The translations under genes were made by a program, and so were the position numbers. Positions 32,621 to 44,053 of a DNA stretch of 64,000 nucleotides are shown here, piece after piece. The stretch comes from an uncultured Pseudomonadota bacterium (GTDB lineage: Bacteria; Oederibacteriota; Muellerivitia; Muellerivitales; Muellerivitaceae). Location: contig CAVYRH010000003.1 in assembly GCA_963770835.1 (NCBI GenBank), forward strand, positions 64,001 to 128,000, written 5' to 3'. Under the pieces are notes generated by a model, which did no database searches, was not told where the DNA came from, and worked only from the letters and a program-made list of their open reading frames with translations. Position 1 is the stretch's first letter, and the number at the start of each line of letters is the position of its first letter.

Positions 32621-32641
32621 GCAATCAGAAAGGATGACCTT

Positions 32642-33199
32642 GTGAAATTATCTAAAAATTTAGGTTTAATATTTTTGATTTTTATAGGTTCGGAAACAAG
32701 TTTATTTGCTGGGTCTCAAGATAAAGTTAATGTGACCATCAAGAATTTATCGATGGAAAGCCTATAAATGAATTTATTCATTTTGAGCTCATTATTTATT
32801 CGATGTCCGAAAAAGAAGGGAATAAATGGTTGTTAACCAGAAGAAACCTTTTCGACTATTGAGGATCAGAAGTATACAACCGTAAATTTGTCTCAAACCA
32901 GGTCAAATGATGATTATACGACGCCTTATATTAAAGACGTCAAATGGGTTCCTGGAAAAAAACTGAAATGCACTTATGAACCTTATAACTGTGGAATGGA
33001 TGTTAAGTTGACTGCGAAGAAGGGAAATGGCGGTAAATATGATTGGGATGTTTATTGTGTTGGTTCTTACAAAATAAATGACGTTGGTACGACACATAAA
33101 TGGGAGTTTAAAAGTACGAGAAATACGACACTCGAATTTAATAAATTGCAATTTCAAGCCATATATTACAGAAAAGATGAAAAAGGCGGGTTGAATTGA
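32642..33199 (+). CDS. exported protein, putative immunity (frameshifted)
   Basis: Signal-like start after the RHS tip; 3' ORF 32888-33199. Confidence 0.45.
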
Positions 33200-33307
33200 A
33201 AAGGCAAATTATTAAACTCTTTTCAATCATGCTTGTCATGGGATTGGTTTGCGATACCGCCTTCGCCTCTCCACAGCCTACCGCGGTCAACGTTCACATT
33301 CAGCGTT

Positions 33308-34368
<1,061 letters not shown>

Positions 34369-37246
34369 TACTTCCTATACCGATCCGGCAGGGAGGTCGT
34401 TCAAATACGCTTATGCGGCCAACGGTATCGACCTGACCAGCGTGACGGATAGCCAAGGCGACCAACTTTGGGCCGGGCAGTACAATTCCATGCATCAGCA
34501 AGTGGTAGTTACGAATGTTGCCGGAAAAAGTTGGCACTATTCCTACAATGGCTTTGGACAGCCGACAGGAATTACGGCTCCTTTAGGTGAAACGACAACT
34601 TTAAATTACGACACTAGTAATCAGCTTTCTTCCCTGATCCCACCCCAGTCCGGGGCTGGTGTGACCTTAGGTTACGATACTCTTGGCCGAGTGCAAAATA
34701 TTAGCAGTGCGGACAAAGGAACGGTTAACTACGCTTACGACGACGGGAACCGTTTGACTCAGGCTAATTACCCGGATGGAACCACTGCCGGGTTAGGATA
34801 TACCAACTGGACCCTGACCAGCGCCCAGGATCGCCTGGGCCAGACTACGAGCTTCAGCTACGATTCCAACCAACGGTTAACGAGCTCGAGAACCCCCAAC
34901 CAACAGACCACTCAATACGGTTGGAGCGCGGGGGGAGGGTTAAGCTCTCTAGCCGATCCAGCTGGAAACCAAACAAGTTATCAACGCGACCTAATGGGGA
35001 GGGTGCTGAACAAAGCTTCTTCCGATGGGTCACAATATTCCTATCGTTATGGTTCCAACGGCGGCATGCTTTCGCAAGTGACTGACCCGTTGGGCCAGGT
35101 GACCCAATATTCACACACCGTGGATGGAAAGATTTTGGGGGTTAATTATCAGAACACCCAAAACCCCACCCCTGGTACTACCTACCAATATGATTCAGTC
35201 TTGGGCAGGGTGGCAACAATGGTGGATGGAACCGGTTATACGACCTATTCCTACAACCCTGTGGGCCAGGTTGGTGGTGGATTGTTGAAATCGGTTGCAA
35301 GCCCCGTTGGCCAAACCACAGCTTTCACCACTTATGCCTACGACAGCGACGGAAGAGTGGTGCAAAGGGCCATTGACGGCGTCCCGGAGACCTATACCTA
35401 TAATTCCCAAGGCCAATTGGTGGAAGTGACCAACCCCCTGGGGGACCCCAAGTTGAGTTATGACTCAAACACGGGAAGGCTGGTTTCGGTGGCCGACAGC
35501 ACAACGGGACAAGCGACCCAATACGAATATTATAATCCTACTGATCCAAACGGGGCTTCAGGACGTTTGAAAAGCATTACCAACTTGAATAAGAGCAACC
35601 AGGCCGTTTCGTCCTTTAATTACTCCTATGACCAGCTTGGACGAATCACCAATTGGGGCCAGAGCCAAGGTGGGACGTCAAAAACCTATGCCGTTGGCTA
35701 CAATCCCGCAAACCAATTGAAGGGGGTGACGATGGTTTCGGGCACCAATGGATTCGATGGCCTCACAGCGGGCCAGGTCGTAAGTTATCAGTACGATAGG
35801 GCGGGAAATCGGGTGTCCGAAAATACTCCCACTTACCAAAATGGTTTTGGCACACCTAACAATCTTAACCAATTGAATCAAGTATCCTCAAACCCCCTGT
35901 CGATGAGCTTGATTACGGATAATTCGCCCGGTGAAGCGGCCCAGATCAATGGCCGGATGGCCCCGATTTCTGGTAATGGCACGGTAGCCTCCAGTATTGT
36001 GCCCAGCGCGAGTAGCACGACAACCAGCGCCGAGGTGGTGCTGACGGAACCCAACGGGGCCACCACCGCTGTGGGTGTAACCCTCCTCAACAAACAGCCC
36101 GTAAGTTTCGATGCCAATGGTAACTGCACTTCTGACAATCAGTACAGTTACGTGAGTGATGGGGTGAACCGGCCCATTGCTATCAATAACGGAAATGTCC
36201 TGCCCGGCGGTACGGCAGACACATTGGTTATGAAATACGACGGTAAAGGGAGGCGGGTGGGACTCACGGCCTTAAATTTGGGTGGGCCGGTGACGAACTT
36301 AAATCAACTTTCAGGTGCAGCCACGGTCTCGGGCAAGACTTATGTGTGGTGTGGGAACAGGATTTGTGAGGAAAGAGACGCAACAGGCAAACAGGTACTC
36401 AAAAGGTTCTTTTCCAACGGCGAGCAAGACAATGGACAAAACCTGTACTATACAAAGGACCATCTGGGAAGTGTTCGTGAGGTGATGGATGCTTCCGGAA
36501 ACATCCAAGGTCAGTTTGATTATGATCCGTGGGGCAGGCAGACCCAAATAGCCGGAACTATGCAGCCTTCGTTTGGCTACACTGGTCATTTTCAGGAACC
36601 GACGACAGGGTTACTGCTTTCCAAATATCGTGTCTATAACGCGGATATGGGAAGGTGGACATCGGGAGACCCAAAAGGGCAGGTCGCGGGAGCAAACATT
36701 TATTCTTATGTCAGGAATAATCCGCTTGGTAAGATTGATCAACTTGGGTTAGATGGTGATGATTACGAATCGTCTGATAACACATCGGATGAAGATACTA
36801 GTGACAATACTGTGGCTGTGGCTGGTGGAATTTTAAAATCATTTGCTGGGGTGGTTGATTTTGTTTATGGAGCGGGTGAAGTTGCTTTGTCATTAGCAGA
36901 TGAGGGAACTACAGCCCCACTTGGTGTTCTTACAATGGGCACGGGTTTTTATGATATGGTGACCGGAGCAATTCAAACGGGCGTCGATCTTGCTGGGAAT
37001 AATTATGTAGTCGATCCGGCAAGTCAACTTTTGGAACAAAAAGGATTTAGAGATTTGGGTCCAATGTTGTGGACCAGTCAGGTAGGGCTAGATGCTCTCC
37101 AAGGTACTACTGGAAATATTATTGGAGGTCTTTTAGATTTTGGAGGAATCAGTTGCGACTATGTGGCATTGCAAACTGGAGCTCAATATTATTGTCCTTT
37201 TTTGGGAACAAGCACCCCTGAAAAAAATCCATGGTATAGACACTAA
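34369..37246 (+). CDS. RHS/YD-repeat protein with RHS core and variable C-terminal tip (5' part hidden by artefact)
   Basis: YD repeats; DHLGSVR, YDPWG, FGYTGH, RVYNADMGRWTSGDP, NIYSYVRNNPLGKIDQLGL. Confidence 0.9.
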
Positions 37247-37261
37247 CAGCTAGGAGGAGAA

Positions 37262-37991
37262 ATGAATTCTCAGAGATTTTTAAAAGATCTGCTACTTTTA
37301 ATAATCATTCCAGGGAGTATCGGCGCAATAATGTTTTTTTTTAATGAAACAATTGTGAATGCTAGCATGAAATTTGCTTTTTTAATTGACAAGGATAAAA
37401 GAGAACAACATGGGAAAATGCTAAAATTGACTTATAAAAGTGTTGGGTTGGTTTGCATGTGTTTTTCGCTATTGATTCTTTTAATTGTGATTTTCTTGCT
37501 TAAAAAAAATTGATTTAACCCGTAATGAAAATTGAATTAAAGGGACGGAAATTTGAATGATTTAACGGCATATTTATTCATATCCATTATTTTAATGGCT
37601 TTGGGTATTTTTGTTTTTTTTGCAACGCGTTTTGTTTTAGATGAAGTTGGGGAAAAATTTAAGAAAAATTCAAAATTAGCAATTGGTCTCACGAATATAG
37701 GAAGTTTTTTACTGGTCTTTTTGGGAGTTTTGTTTTTGCTTAAATATTTTAATCGCATTTGATTTTAATGAACTACAACGGACTATTGGATAGAAGCATA
37801 GTAGTGATAATTTTTTCAGGTGTCTTGGGGGGGTTATTGTTTTTTATTGCCGAGCCAATGGCGAACTTTGGAAAAAGCTTCTTATTTTTTGATAGATAAG
37901 GAAAAAGAGAAGCGCGTGCAAAAAAATTAGTCAGGGTCACGAAATTCACGGGATTGTTTTTTATGTTTATTTCGTTAATGGATTTTATTTT
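37262..37991 (+). CDS. three tandem small two-TM immunity-like genes (37262-37513, 37553-37762, 37768-37991 with internal stop)
   Basis: Similar TM-basic loop-TM layout; third one abuts R8. Confidence 0.6.
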
Positions 37992-38028
37992 CCTGCACAT
38001 GCCTGTCGCAAAAAGGATAGTGTGCAAC
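37992..38028 (+). repeat. 37-bp repeat R8
   Basis: Exact copy; last in window. Confidence 0.97.
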
Positions 38029-38199
38029 TAAAGTTATGGTTCCCAATAGGAGATAGCCTGGAAAGCCGGTTGAGTGCGGAATTCCACCGGTATATAAGGC
38101 GGATAAAAGATCCCCGCAATCACCAAAGTAAACGGTTGGTGCGGCATGGACGAGGAAAAAAAGAAATACAAGAAGGAAGAATAAAGAAGAAAAGCGCAA
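38029..38199 (-). pseudogene. DUF2723-like membrane glycosyltransferase N-terminal fragment truncated at R8
   Basis: APTVYFGDCGDLLSALYTGGIPHSTGFPGYLLLG motif. Confidence 0.65.
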
Positions 38200-38587
38200 A
38201 CTCGGCTCCGATTTAAGTGAATAAAAACAACAGCTTCTTCATTTTAACAGCTTCATTATGTAGGCGTGTTCCTTGGTTTGGAGGGGTAATAAAATACAAA
38301 AGCGGTTAGGCGTTTAAACCTGACCGCTTTTAAGTGTGAAAAGTTTTGTAATTAGTTAGAAGAACCCGGAGTTTCGCCGAGAAGGTTAGAATTTTTGTCC
38401 AGCGATTGGTTGAGTTGGCTGATCTGGTCGGGTGTCAGTGAATGGCTCTTGTTCTGTTTGAAAAAAGTAAATTCCTGTAAACGGATATTCCTCAAGCTGG
38501 CCCTAACGCTTTGGGCTTGTTCCTTGGAGAATTTTCCGGATTTTACCCCCGTCTGGGTTAATTTCATTTGCGTTTTGACCCGTTGGT

Positions 38588-39117
38588 TTTTTGTTCCACC
38601 ATCGCGTTTCTCAAACGCACCACTTGCCGATCCGCTTCTTCCTGGAGGGTTGGGATCGCCACAGCCCGCAAGAGATCCTTTTCGGCGTACTCCGCCAGCT
38701 TGCGGCAGTCCAACCGGTCGGATTTTGTTTCCAACTGAGCTACACGAGGTGTTTTGTTCGGGGCGATGACGTCCAATGGGTATCCCACTTCCCGAAGGCG
38801 ACGTGCCAAGCCAAAGCCAGTAGGTCCTGCCTCGTAGACGACCTTTTTTAACCCTTTTCGGTAAGGCTCCAGAACCTTCACCACAGCTTCCCAATCCGCG
38901 GGCACAGACTTGGTTCCGGTTTCCTTTCCATTGATCCTGATTGCTACGTAAATACTTCGTTTGTGGACATCGAGCCCCACAAACACGGCGTCCCGCTTGG
39001 ATACCTCCTTGCCTTGGAATCCTTTTTTGCTAATCTGTTTCATGGTCATTCCTCCTTATGAGTGGCTACTCACCGGGAATAGTTTAATCCCGGCGGTGGA
39101 ATGGCCATCATGTTACC
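38588..39117 (-). mobile_element. truncated second copy of the IS1111-type element
   Basis: Reverse complement of ~17921-18450; left end abuts S8. Confidence 0.93.
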
Positions 39118-39145
39118 TGTCCACGACGGGGACCCGTCGTGGACA
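39118..39145 (+). repeat. 28-bp site S8 TGTCCACGACG-GGGACC-CGTCGTGGACA
   Basis: Perfect 11-bp arms. Confidence 0.95.
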
Positions 39146-39215
39146 GGGGGAGAAGTAAAGAATTGTTCACCGTGTGTAAAAAAGAGGATTTGATGACCTA
39201 TTTGGATTTAAAACA

Positions 39216-39740
39216 TTGAAAGCATTTATCATCGTTTTGATGGCTCTATTGGCTGTCAGTGTATTTTGGGAAGTTGCATCGGGGTTCTCTAAAAAACTTT
39301 TGACCAAAGATATGAATAGGATCATACAGTCTGGTTTACGCGTAAATCGCAGTTGGTTCCACCGATTGGAAAGGTTGTTAAATATACCAATCCTTTTTTC
39401 GATATATATTATTCAAATGGAATCGGTCTGGTTCCTTCGTGGGACCATCTACCCCAACCCAATGTCACTCTACCAATGGATTTGGAAACTGGTTACCAGT
39501 CCACCGGATAATCACTCGACCTTAATAGCTTTCTTGATCGCTGTTCCGGCCTTGTTTTCTTCGATCCCCCTTTCAATGGTACTTTTTAATCTGATGGAAT
39601 GGTGTATTCCGCCCCTTCGGAGATTATCTGACGCAAAAACCGGCTTTACCTTTTTGGAAGTCATGTCCCCCATGATCGCTTTAACCCTTTTGATTGTCCC
39701 TGTTTGTTTATTTTTTCAACTGCTAGGCGCTTTGGTTTAA
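39216..39740 (+). CDS. cassette: membrane hypothetical protein
   Basis: Four hydrophobic segments; between S8 and S9. Confidence 0.65.
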   Translation: MKAFIIVLMALLAVSVFWEVASGFSKKLLTKDMNRIIQSGLRVNRSWFHRLERLLNIPILFSIYIIQMESVWFLRGTIYPNPMSLYQWIWKLVTSPPDNHSTLIAFLIAVPALFSSIPLSMVLFNLMEWCIPPLRRLSDAKTGFTFLEVMSPMIALTLLIVPVCLFFQLLGALV

Positions 39741-39768
39741 AGATTTAAAATCTGAGGACGAAAAGACT

Positions 39769-39796
39769 TGTCCACGACGGGGACCCATCGTGGACA
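39769..39796 (+). repeat. 28-bp site S9
   Basis: Consensus copy. Confidence 0.95.
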
Positions 39797-40033
39797 GGAA
39801 AAAGATTGCAGAAGGCAATTAAATACGAGGAGGGCGGGGGCCAGCAAAGAAACTTTTACGGAGCTTCATTTTGCGGGCCTAGAATCAGAAAATTCGAGAT
39901 TGTGATGGAAGAAGCCGGGGTGCATTGTAAAATGAGAGACAAGTTACCCAGCAACGTTGCCGGAAAAGGTTATCTGGGAAACTCTGGTTAATCCAACTAG
40001 AGTATTTAGAATCCAAATTGAGGGGGTAATTAA

Positions 40034-40393
40034 ATGCGTTATTTGATAAGCATTGTTTTGTTAATTGCAACGACCGGGTGCGGCACCCTATTTAATAGAA
40101 ATCTAAAACCCGTAATGTTGGATTCTGATCCTCAAGGTGCCGATGTCTATGTAGATGGTAATCGTGTCGGTAAAACCCCAATAAATGTCGAGATGGAAAA
40201 AAAGCATTCTGCAAATTTAACTTTTAAAAAAGAAGGGTATGAAGAAAAAACTGCAATAATTCAATCTCAATTAGTGCCAGGTTTATTGATTCTTGATCTC
40301 TTTGGATTAGTTCCTTTAGTGGTTGATGCTGCAACGTCAAATTGGAATGATCTTGATAAAGGAAATCTCAAAGTTTTGCTGGACAAAAAATAG
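40034..40393 (+). CDS. cassette: PEGA-domain lipoprotein
   Basis: Lipobox TTGC; SDPQGADVYVDG..GKTP; KKEGYE. Confidence 0.85.
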   Translation: MRYLISIVLLIATTGCGTLFNRNLKPVMLDSDPQGADVYVDGNRVGKTPINVEMEKKHSANLTFKKEGYEEKTAIIQSQLVPGLLILDLFGLVPLVVDAATSNWNDLDKGNLKVLLDKK

Positions 40394-40460
40394 TTTTGAT
40401 AACAAAGAGTCGAACCTTAAGAAGAACAAACAGGGTTAGACACTTTCCATTTTGTCCGTA

Positions 40461-40502
40461 ACAAAAGAACCCGACTTGGGGATAAGTCGGGTTCTTTTGT
40501 TT
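40461..40502. terminator. bidirectional-type terminator hairpin
   Basis: ACAAAAGAACCCGACTT-loop-AAGTCGGGTTCTTTTGT. Confidence 0.75.
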
Positions 40503-40533
40503 TACCGTCTTTTTGAAAAACCTATAAATTAGT

Positions 40534-40561
40534 TGTCCACGACAGGGACCCGCCGTGGACA
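40534..40561 (+). repeat. 28-bp site S10 TGTCCACGACA-GGGACC-CGCCGTGGACA
   Basis: Near-consensus. Confidence 0.93.
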
Positions 40562-40676
40562 AAGCAAAATGGATTAGGGTGGCCTGAACCCGATTTTTAA
40601 TAACGATAAGGTAACTTTGCCGGCTGTGTAAGCCGAGTAGATAAATAAAGTTGATAGAATTCAATTGAGGCTGGAA

Positions 40677-41993
40677 ATGGAATCCCCACAGACAAACGCG
40701 CATCCGAAAGCACTCCTGTTTTCGGTCAGGACGCCCAAGGTGACTGATACCGAAGCGATGGAATCAATGATCGAGCTCGAACGGCTGGTGACGACCTTGG
40801 GTTACGAGGTGACCGGAACTATGTCCCAGCGGCAACCCAGCACAAAAGGGGTCACTGTGGTGGGTGAGGGAAAACTGATGGAACTCGCCCAACTCACCGG
40901 TGGAAAGGGCTACCGGGATAGGGTTAAGGGGAACTCCGAAGCGCCAAAACAGGCGCAAGTCCCGGCCTCGACTCCCGATGGACCCGCGATGGTTGTTTTT
41001 GACTGTGATTTGAGCCCGTCCCAGATTCGTAACGTCGAAGAGGCTTTGGGGGTTCCGGTGCTCGATCGAACCGGGGTGATTATCGAAATCTTCAACCGCC
41101 ACGCGAAGACCCGGGCGGCGCGGCTCCAGGTCGATATCGCGCGCCAAACCTATCAGGCTCCCCGTCTCAGGGATATGGGGGTGGGCAAGGAACGCCAGTC
41201 CGGCCGAGGATCCGGGGAAACCGTCATCGAGACGGAAAAGCGCAAAGTCCGCGACCGCCTGGCTGAGCTGAGGCACGAGTTACAAGCGGTTCAAAGGGAA
41301 GAGGAGCAACGCCGGATGAAACGCGCGGAACTGCTCGGCGCCGTGCTCGTGGGCTACACGAATGCCGGAAAATCATCCCTCATGCGGGCGCTGACCGGCA
41401 GCGACGTCCTGGTGGAGGACAAGCTCTTCGCGACCCTGGATACGACGATACGCGCCCTACAACCAGAGACCCAGCCGAGAATCCTGATCACCGATACGGT
41501 GGGTTTTATCCACAAGCTTCCGCACGACCTGGTGGCGTCCTTCCGCTCCACGCTGGATGAGGCCCGCGGCGCCGCCCTGCTTCTTTACGTGGTGGATGCC
41601 GCTGATCGCAACTTTCGTTCCCAGCTCGCGGTGGTTCGGGAAGTTTTGGGTGATATTGGCGCCGACAAAACGCCATATCTTCTCATTCTCAATAAGGCCG
41701 ACTGCTTGAGCGAATGGCAGAAGCAGGTTCTCAGGGCGGAGTATCCGGACGCGGTTTTAACCTCGACCCGCAGTCCCGAGGACATGCGGGGCGTTAGTGA
41801 ACGCATTATTCATTTTTTCGAGAAAGACATGATTGAAAAGGAGATTCTCGTTCCCTATAAAGCCCAAGGCGTCATCAGCGAAATGCGTTTGAATATGAAA
41901 ATCTTGAGGGAGAGTTTTGTTGAAGAAGGCGTTCTGCTTCTTGTTCGCGCCCGTCCGATTGACCTTCAGCGCTTGAGTAAAATGATGAAATAG
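40677..41993 (+). CDS. hflX: cassette: ribosome-splitting GTPase HflX
   Basis: LSPSQIRN, DRTGVI.EIF..HA, GYTNAGKS, LFATLDTT, DTVGF, NKAD. Confidence 0.95.
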   Translation: MESPQTNAHPKALLFSVRTPKVTDTEAMESMIELERLVTTLGYEVTGTMSQRQPSTKGVTVVGEGKLMELAQLTGGKGYRDRVKGNSEAPKQAQVPASTPDGPAMVVFDCDLSPSQIRNVEEALGVPVLDRTGVIIEIFNRHAKTRAARLQVDIARQTYQAPRLRDMGVGKERQSGRGSGETVIETEKRKVRDRLAELRHELQAVQREEEQRRMKRAELLGAVLVGYTNAGKSSLMRALTGSDVLVEDKLFATLDTTIRALQPETQPRILITDTVGFIHKLPHDLVASFRSTLDEARGAALLLYVVDAADRNFRSQLAVVREVLGDIGADKTPYLLILNKADCLSEWQKQVLRAEYPDAVLTSTRSPEDMRGVSERIIHFFEKDMIEKEILVPYKAQGVISEMRLNMKILRESFVEEGVLLLVRARPIDLQRLSKMMK

Positions 41994-42054
41994 TGCCCTG
42001 CGGTGTGTCCCGGACGGGCCCGCAAGCTCGGCCGATAAGAAATTGTCCACGACG

Positions 42055-43995
42055 GTGCGTCCAGAAAAGGCAGGTGTGTTCAGCAAGAGATAGTCTTGCA
42101 TGGGTAATAGCCAAAGCCCATTAGCTAGGATGGCAGGCAAGCGGGAAACCAAATGCCTGAAGCCCATCAACAAAGCCATCGAAAGGATGGTGAGCGAGTC
42201 GTCGGGCCGTAACGAAAGTAAATGCACAGGTGGCCCCGAAAACACTTGCCTCGGAGGCTGAGTCCGCCGTCGTGGGACGAAAGCATCATGGGACAGCGCG
42301 GAGAAATGGCTGAAGCGCTGGAACACTCCGACGGGGTGATAGCAACGGCACGAAGACAAGGACACGCCAAGCAACTGGAGAAACCCTCCTTGCCCCAGGC
42401 AGAAATGCTTGGAGAAAGGTAGGCCGTATAACCGTGACGCGGGAAAACGGTCGAAGGTGAGAGGGTTTAGGATGGGTTCATGGTAGCGATGAAGCGGGGT
42501 AATGCCCGTGGAGCGAAGGAACCCTGCTGTTGTTAAGTCCCTCGACAAAACGGAAGGCAGTGACGGTATGAAAAAGACGTCAATTAACCTGCAAGACCTG
42601 AGACGAGAGATATACGTCAAAGCGAAGGCTGAAAAGAACTGGAGTTTCTGGGGACTGTACACCCATGTTTGCAAGATGGAAACGCTTCAACAGGCTTACC
42701 GAATGGCTAAGGTAAATAACGGAGCCCCTGGAATAGATGGGGTGACGTTTGATGCCATTGAGGAGGCCGGAGTGGAGTCGTTTCTGGAAAGCATCCGGGG
42801 TGAATTAGTTCAAGGCACGTATAAGCCCGTTCGAAACCGGAAGAAGGAAATACCCAAGGGAAATGGGAAGGTAAGAGTCCTTGGGATACCCAACATTCGG
42901 GATAGAGTAGTCCAGGGAGCACTGAAGTTTATTCTGGAACCGATTTTTGAGGCCGATTTTCAAGAAGGGTCCTATGGGTATCGACCCAAGCGGACCGCTC
43001 ATGCGGCTGTGAACAGGGTAGCATCGGCAATCGTCTGTAGAAAAACCCGAGTCATTGATGTAGACCTCAAGGCATATTTCGACACGGTAAGGCACGACCT
43101 TCTGATGAAGAAAGTTGCCCGAAGGGTTGAGGATGAAACGGTGTTGAGATTGTTGAGGATGATCCTGAAGGCCAGCGGCAAAAGAGGAGTCCCGCAGGGA
43201 GGGGTTATTTCCCCTCTTCTGGCTAATCTCTACCTCAACGAGGTGGATAAGATGCTGGAAAAGGCAAAAGAAGTGACTCGGCAAGGGAAGAACAACTATA
43301 TCGAATATGCGAGGTTCGCTGACGATATGGTGATCCTTGTTAATGGATATCCGCAATGGGAATGGTTGGCAAAGGCTGCCTACCGAAGGTTACTTGAAGA
43401 ATTGACCAAGCTCGACTTGCAAATCAACACGGACAAGACGCGGATAGCAGACTTAACGAAAGGTGAAAGTTTCGGGTTTCTGGGGTTTGACTTTCGACAG
43501 GTGAAAACCCGTCGAGGGAAATGGGGGGTGAAGTTCACGCCGAAAATGAAGGCGCGAGCAACACTTCTGGGTAAGCTCAAGGAAACATTTGGAAGCTTCC
43601 AATCTCAGCCGGTGCAGAGGGTGATTGAGATTATCAATCCCAAACTGCGTGGGTGGGTGAATTACTTTCGGATAGGGAATTCTAGGCGCTGTTTTAACTA
43701 CGTGGAAAGATGGGTCGAGAATAAAATCAGACGGCATATGATGCGTGCGAAGAAGCTCGACGGTTTTGGGCGGGATAGGTGGAGTAGGGAGTGGATATAT
43801 AAGTATCTGGGGTTGTACAGAAGCTACCAAATACGATATTACCAAGAACCGAAAGCGCTACCCGTCTGATAGGTCACATAAACTTTGACAGGAAAGCAAC
43901 AGGTGAGCGTAGTGCGGGAAATCCGCACGCTACGTTCGAGGAGGCGGGGACTGGAAACGGAGCCAGAAGGCCACCGCACCAGTCCTCGACCCTAC
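42055..43995 (+). mobile_element. group II intron with RT/maturase
   Basis: 5' GTGCG, 3' CCCTAC, domain V GAGCGTAGTGCGGGAAATCCGCACGCTACGTTC (~43905-43937). Confidence 0.95.
42568..43869 (+). CDS. ltrA: group II intron reverse transcriptase/maturase without endonuclease domain
   Basis: APGIDG, R.LGIP..RDRVVQ, GVPQGGVISPLLAN.YL, RFADD, LRGWVNYF. Confidence 0.95.
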   Translation: MKKTSINLQDLRREIYVKAKAEKNWSFWGLYTHVCKMETLQQAYRMAKVNNGAPGIDGVTFDAIEEAGVESFLESIRGELVQGTYKPVRNRKKEIPKGNGKVRVLGIPNIRDRVVQGALKFILEPIFEADFQEGSYGYRPKRTAHAAVNRVASAIVCRKTRVIDVDLKAYFDTVRHDLLMKKVARRVEDETVLRLLRMILKASGKRGVPQGGVISPLLANLYLNEVDKMLEKAKEVTRQGKNNYIEYARFADDMVILVNGYPQWEWLAKAAYRRLLEELTKLDLQINTDKTRIADLTKGESFGFLGFDFRQVKTRRGKWGVKFTPKMKARATLLGKLKETFGSFQSQPVQRVIEIINPKLRGWVNYFRIGNSRRCFNYVERWVENKIRRHMMRAKKLDGFGRDRWSREWIYKYLGLYRSYQIRYYQEPKALPV

Positions 43996-44053
43996 GGGAC
44001 CTGTCGTGGACAAAAAAATAAGGCGGAAGATACTATTCAAGTGGAGGAAGGGA

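Larger units (their letters stand above)
42044..44012 (+). repeat. 28-bp site S11 split by group II intron (left arm 42044-42054; spacer plus right arm 43996-44012)
   Basis: TGTCCACGACG | intron | GGGACC-TGTCGTGGACA. Confidence 0.95.

Noticed and set aside
26008..33199. Programmed frameshifting or phase variation in the RHS gene
   Set aside because: Numerous scattered single-base indels without a shared slippery motif, near the homopolymer artefact; likely sequencing error. The same applies to the frameshifts at ~8610, ~9297 and ~53590.
42568..43869. RT as a retron, DGR or CRISPR-associated RT for the 37-bp repeats
   Set aside because: It lies within a complete group II intron (GTGCG, domain V/VI) and has the maturase domain; no template/variable repeat pair or Cas1 fusion is seen.
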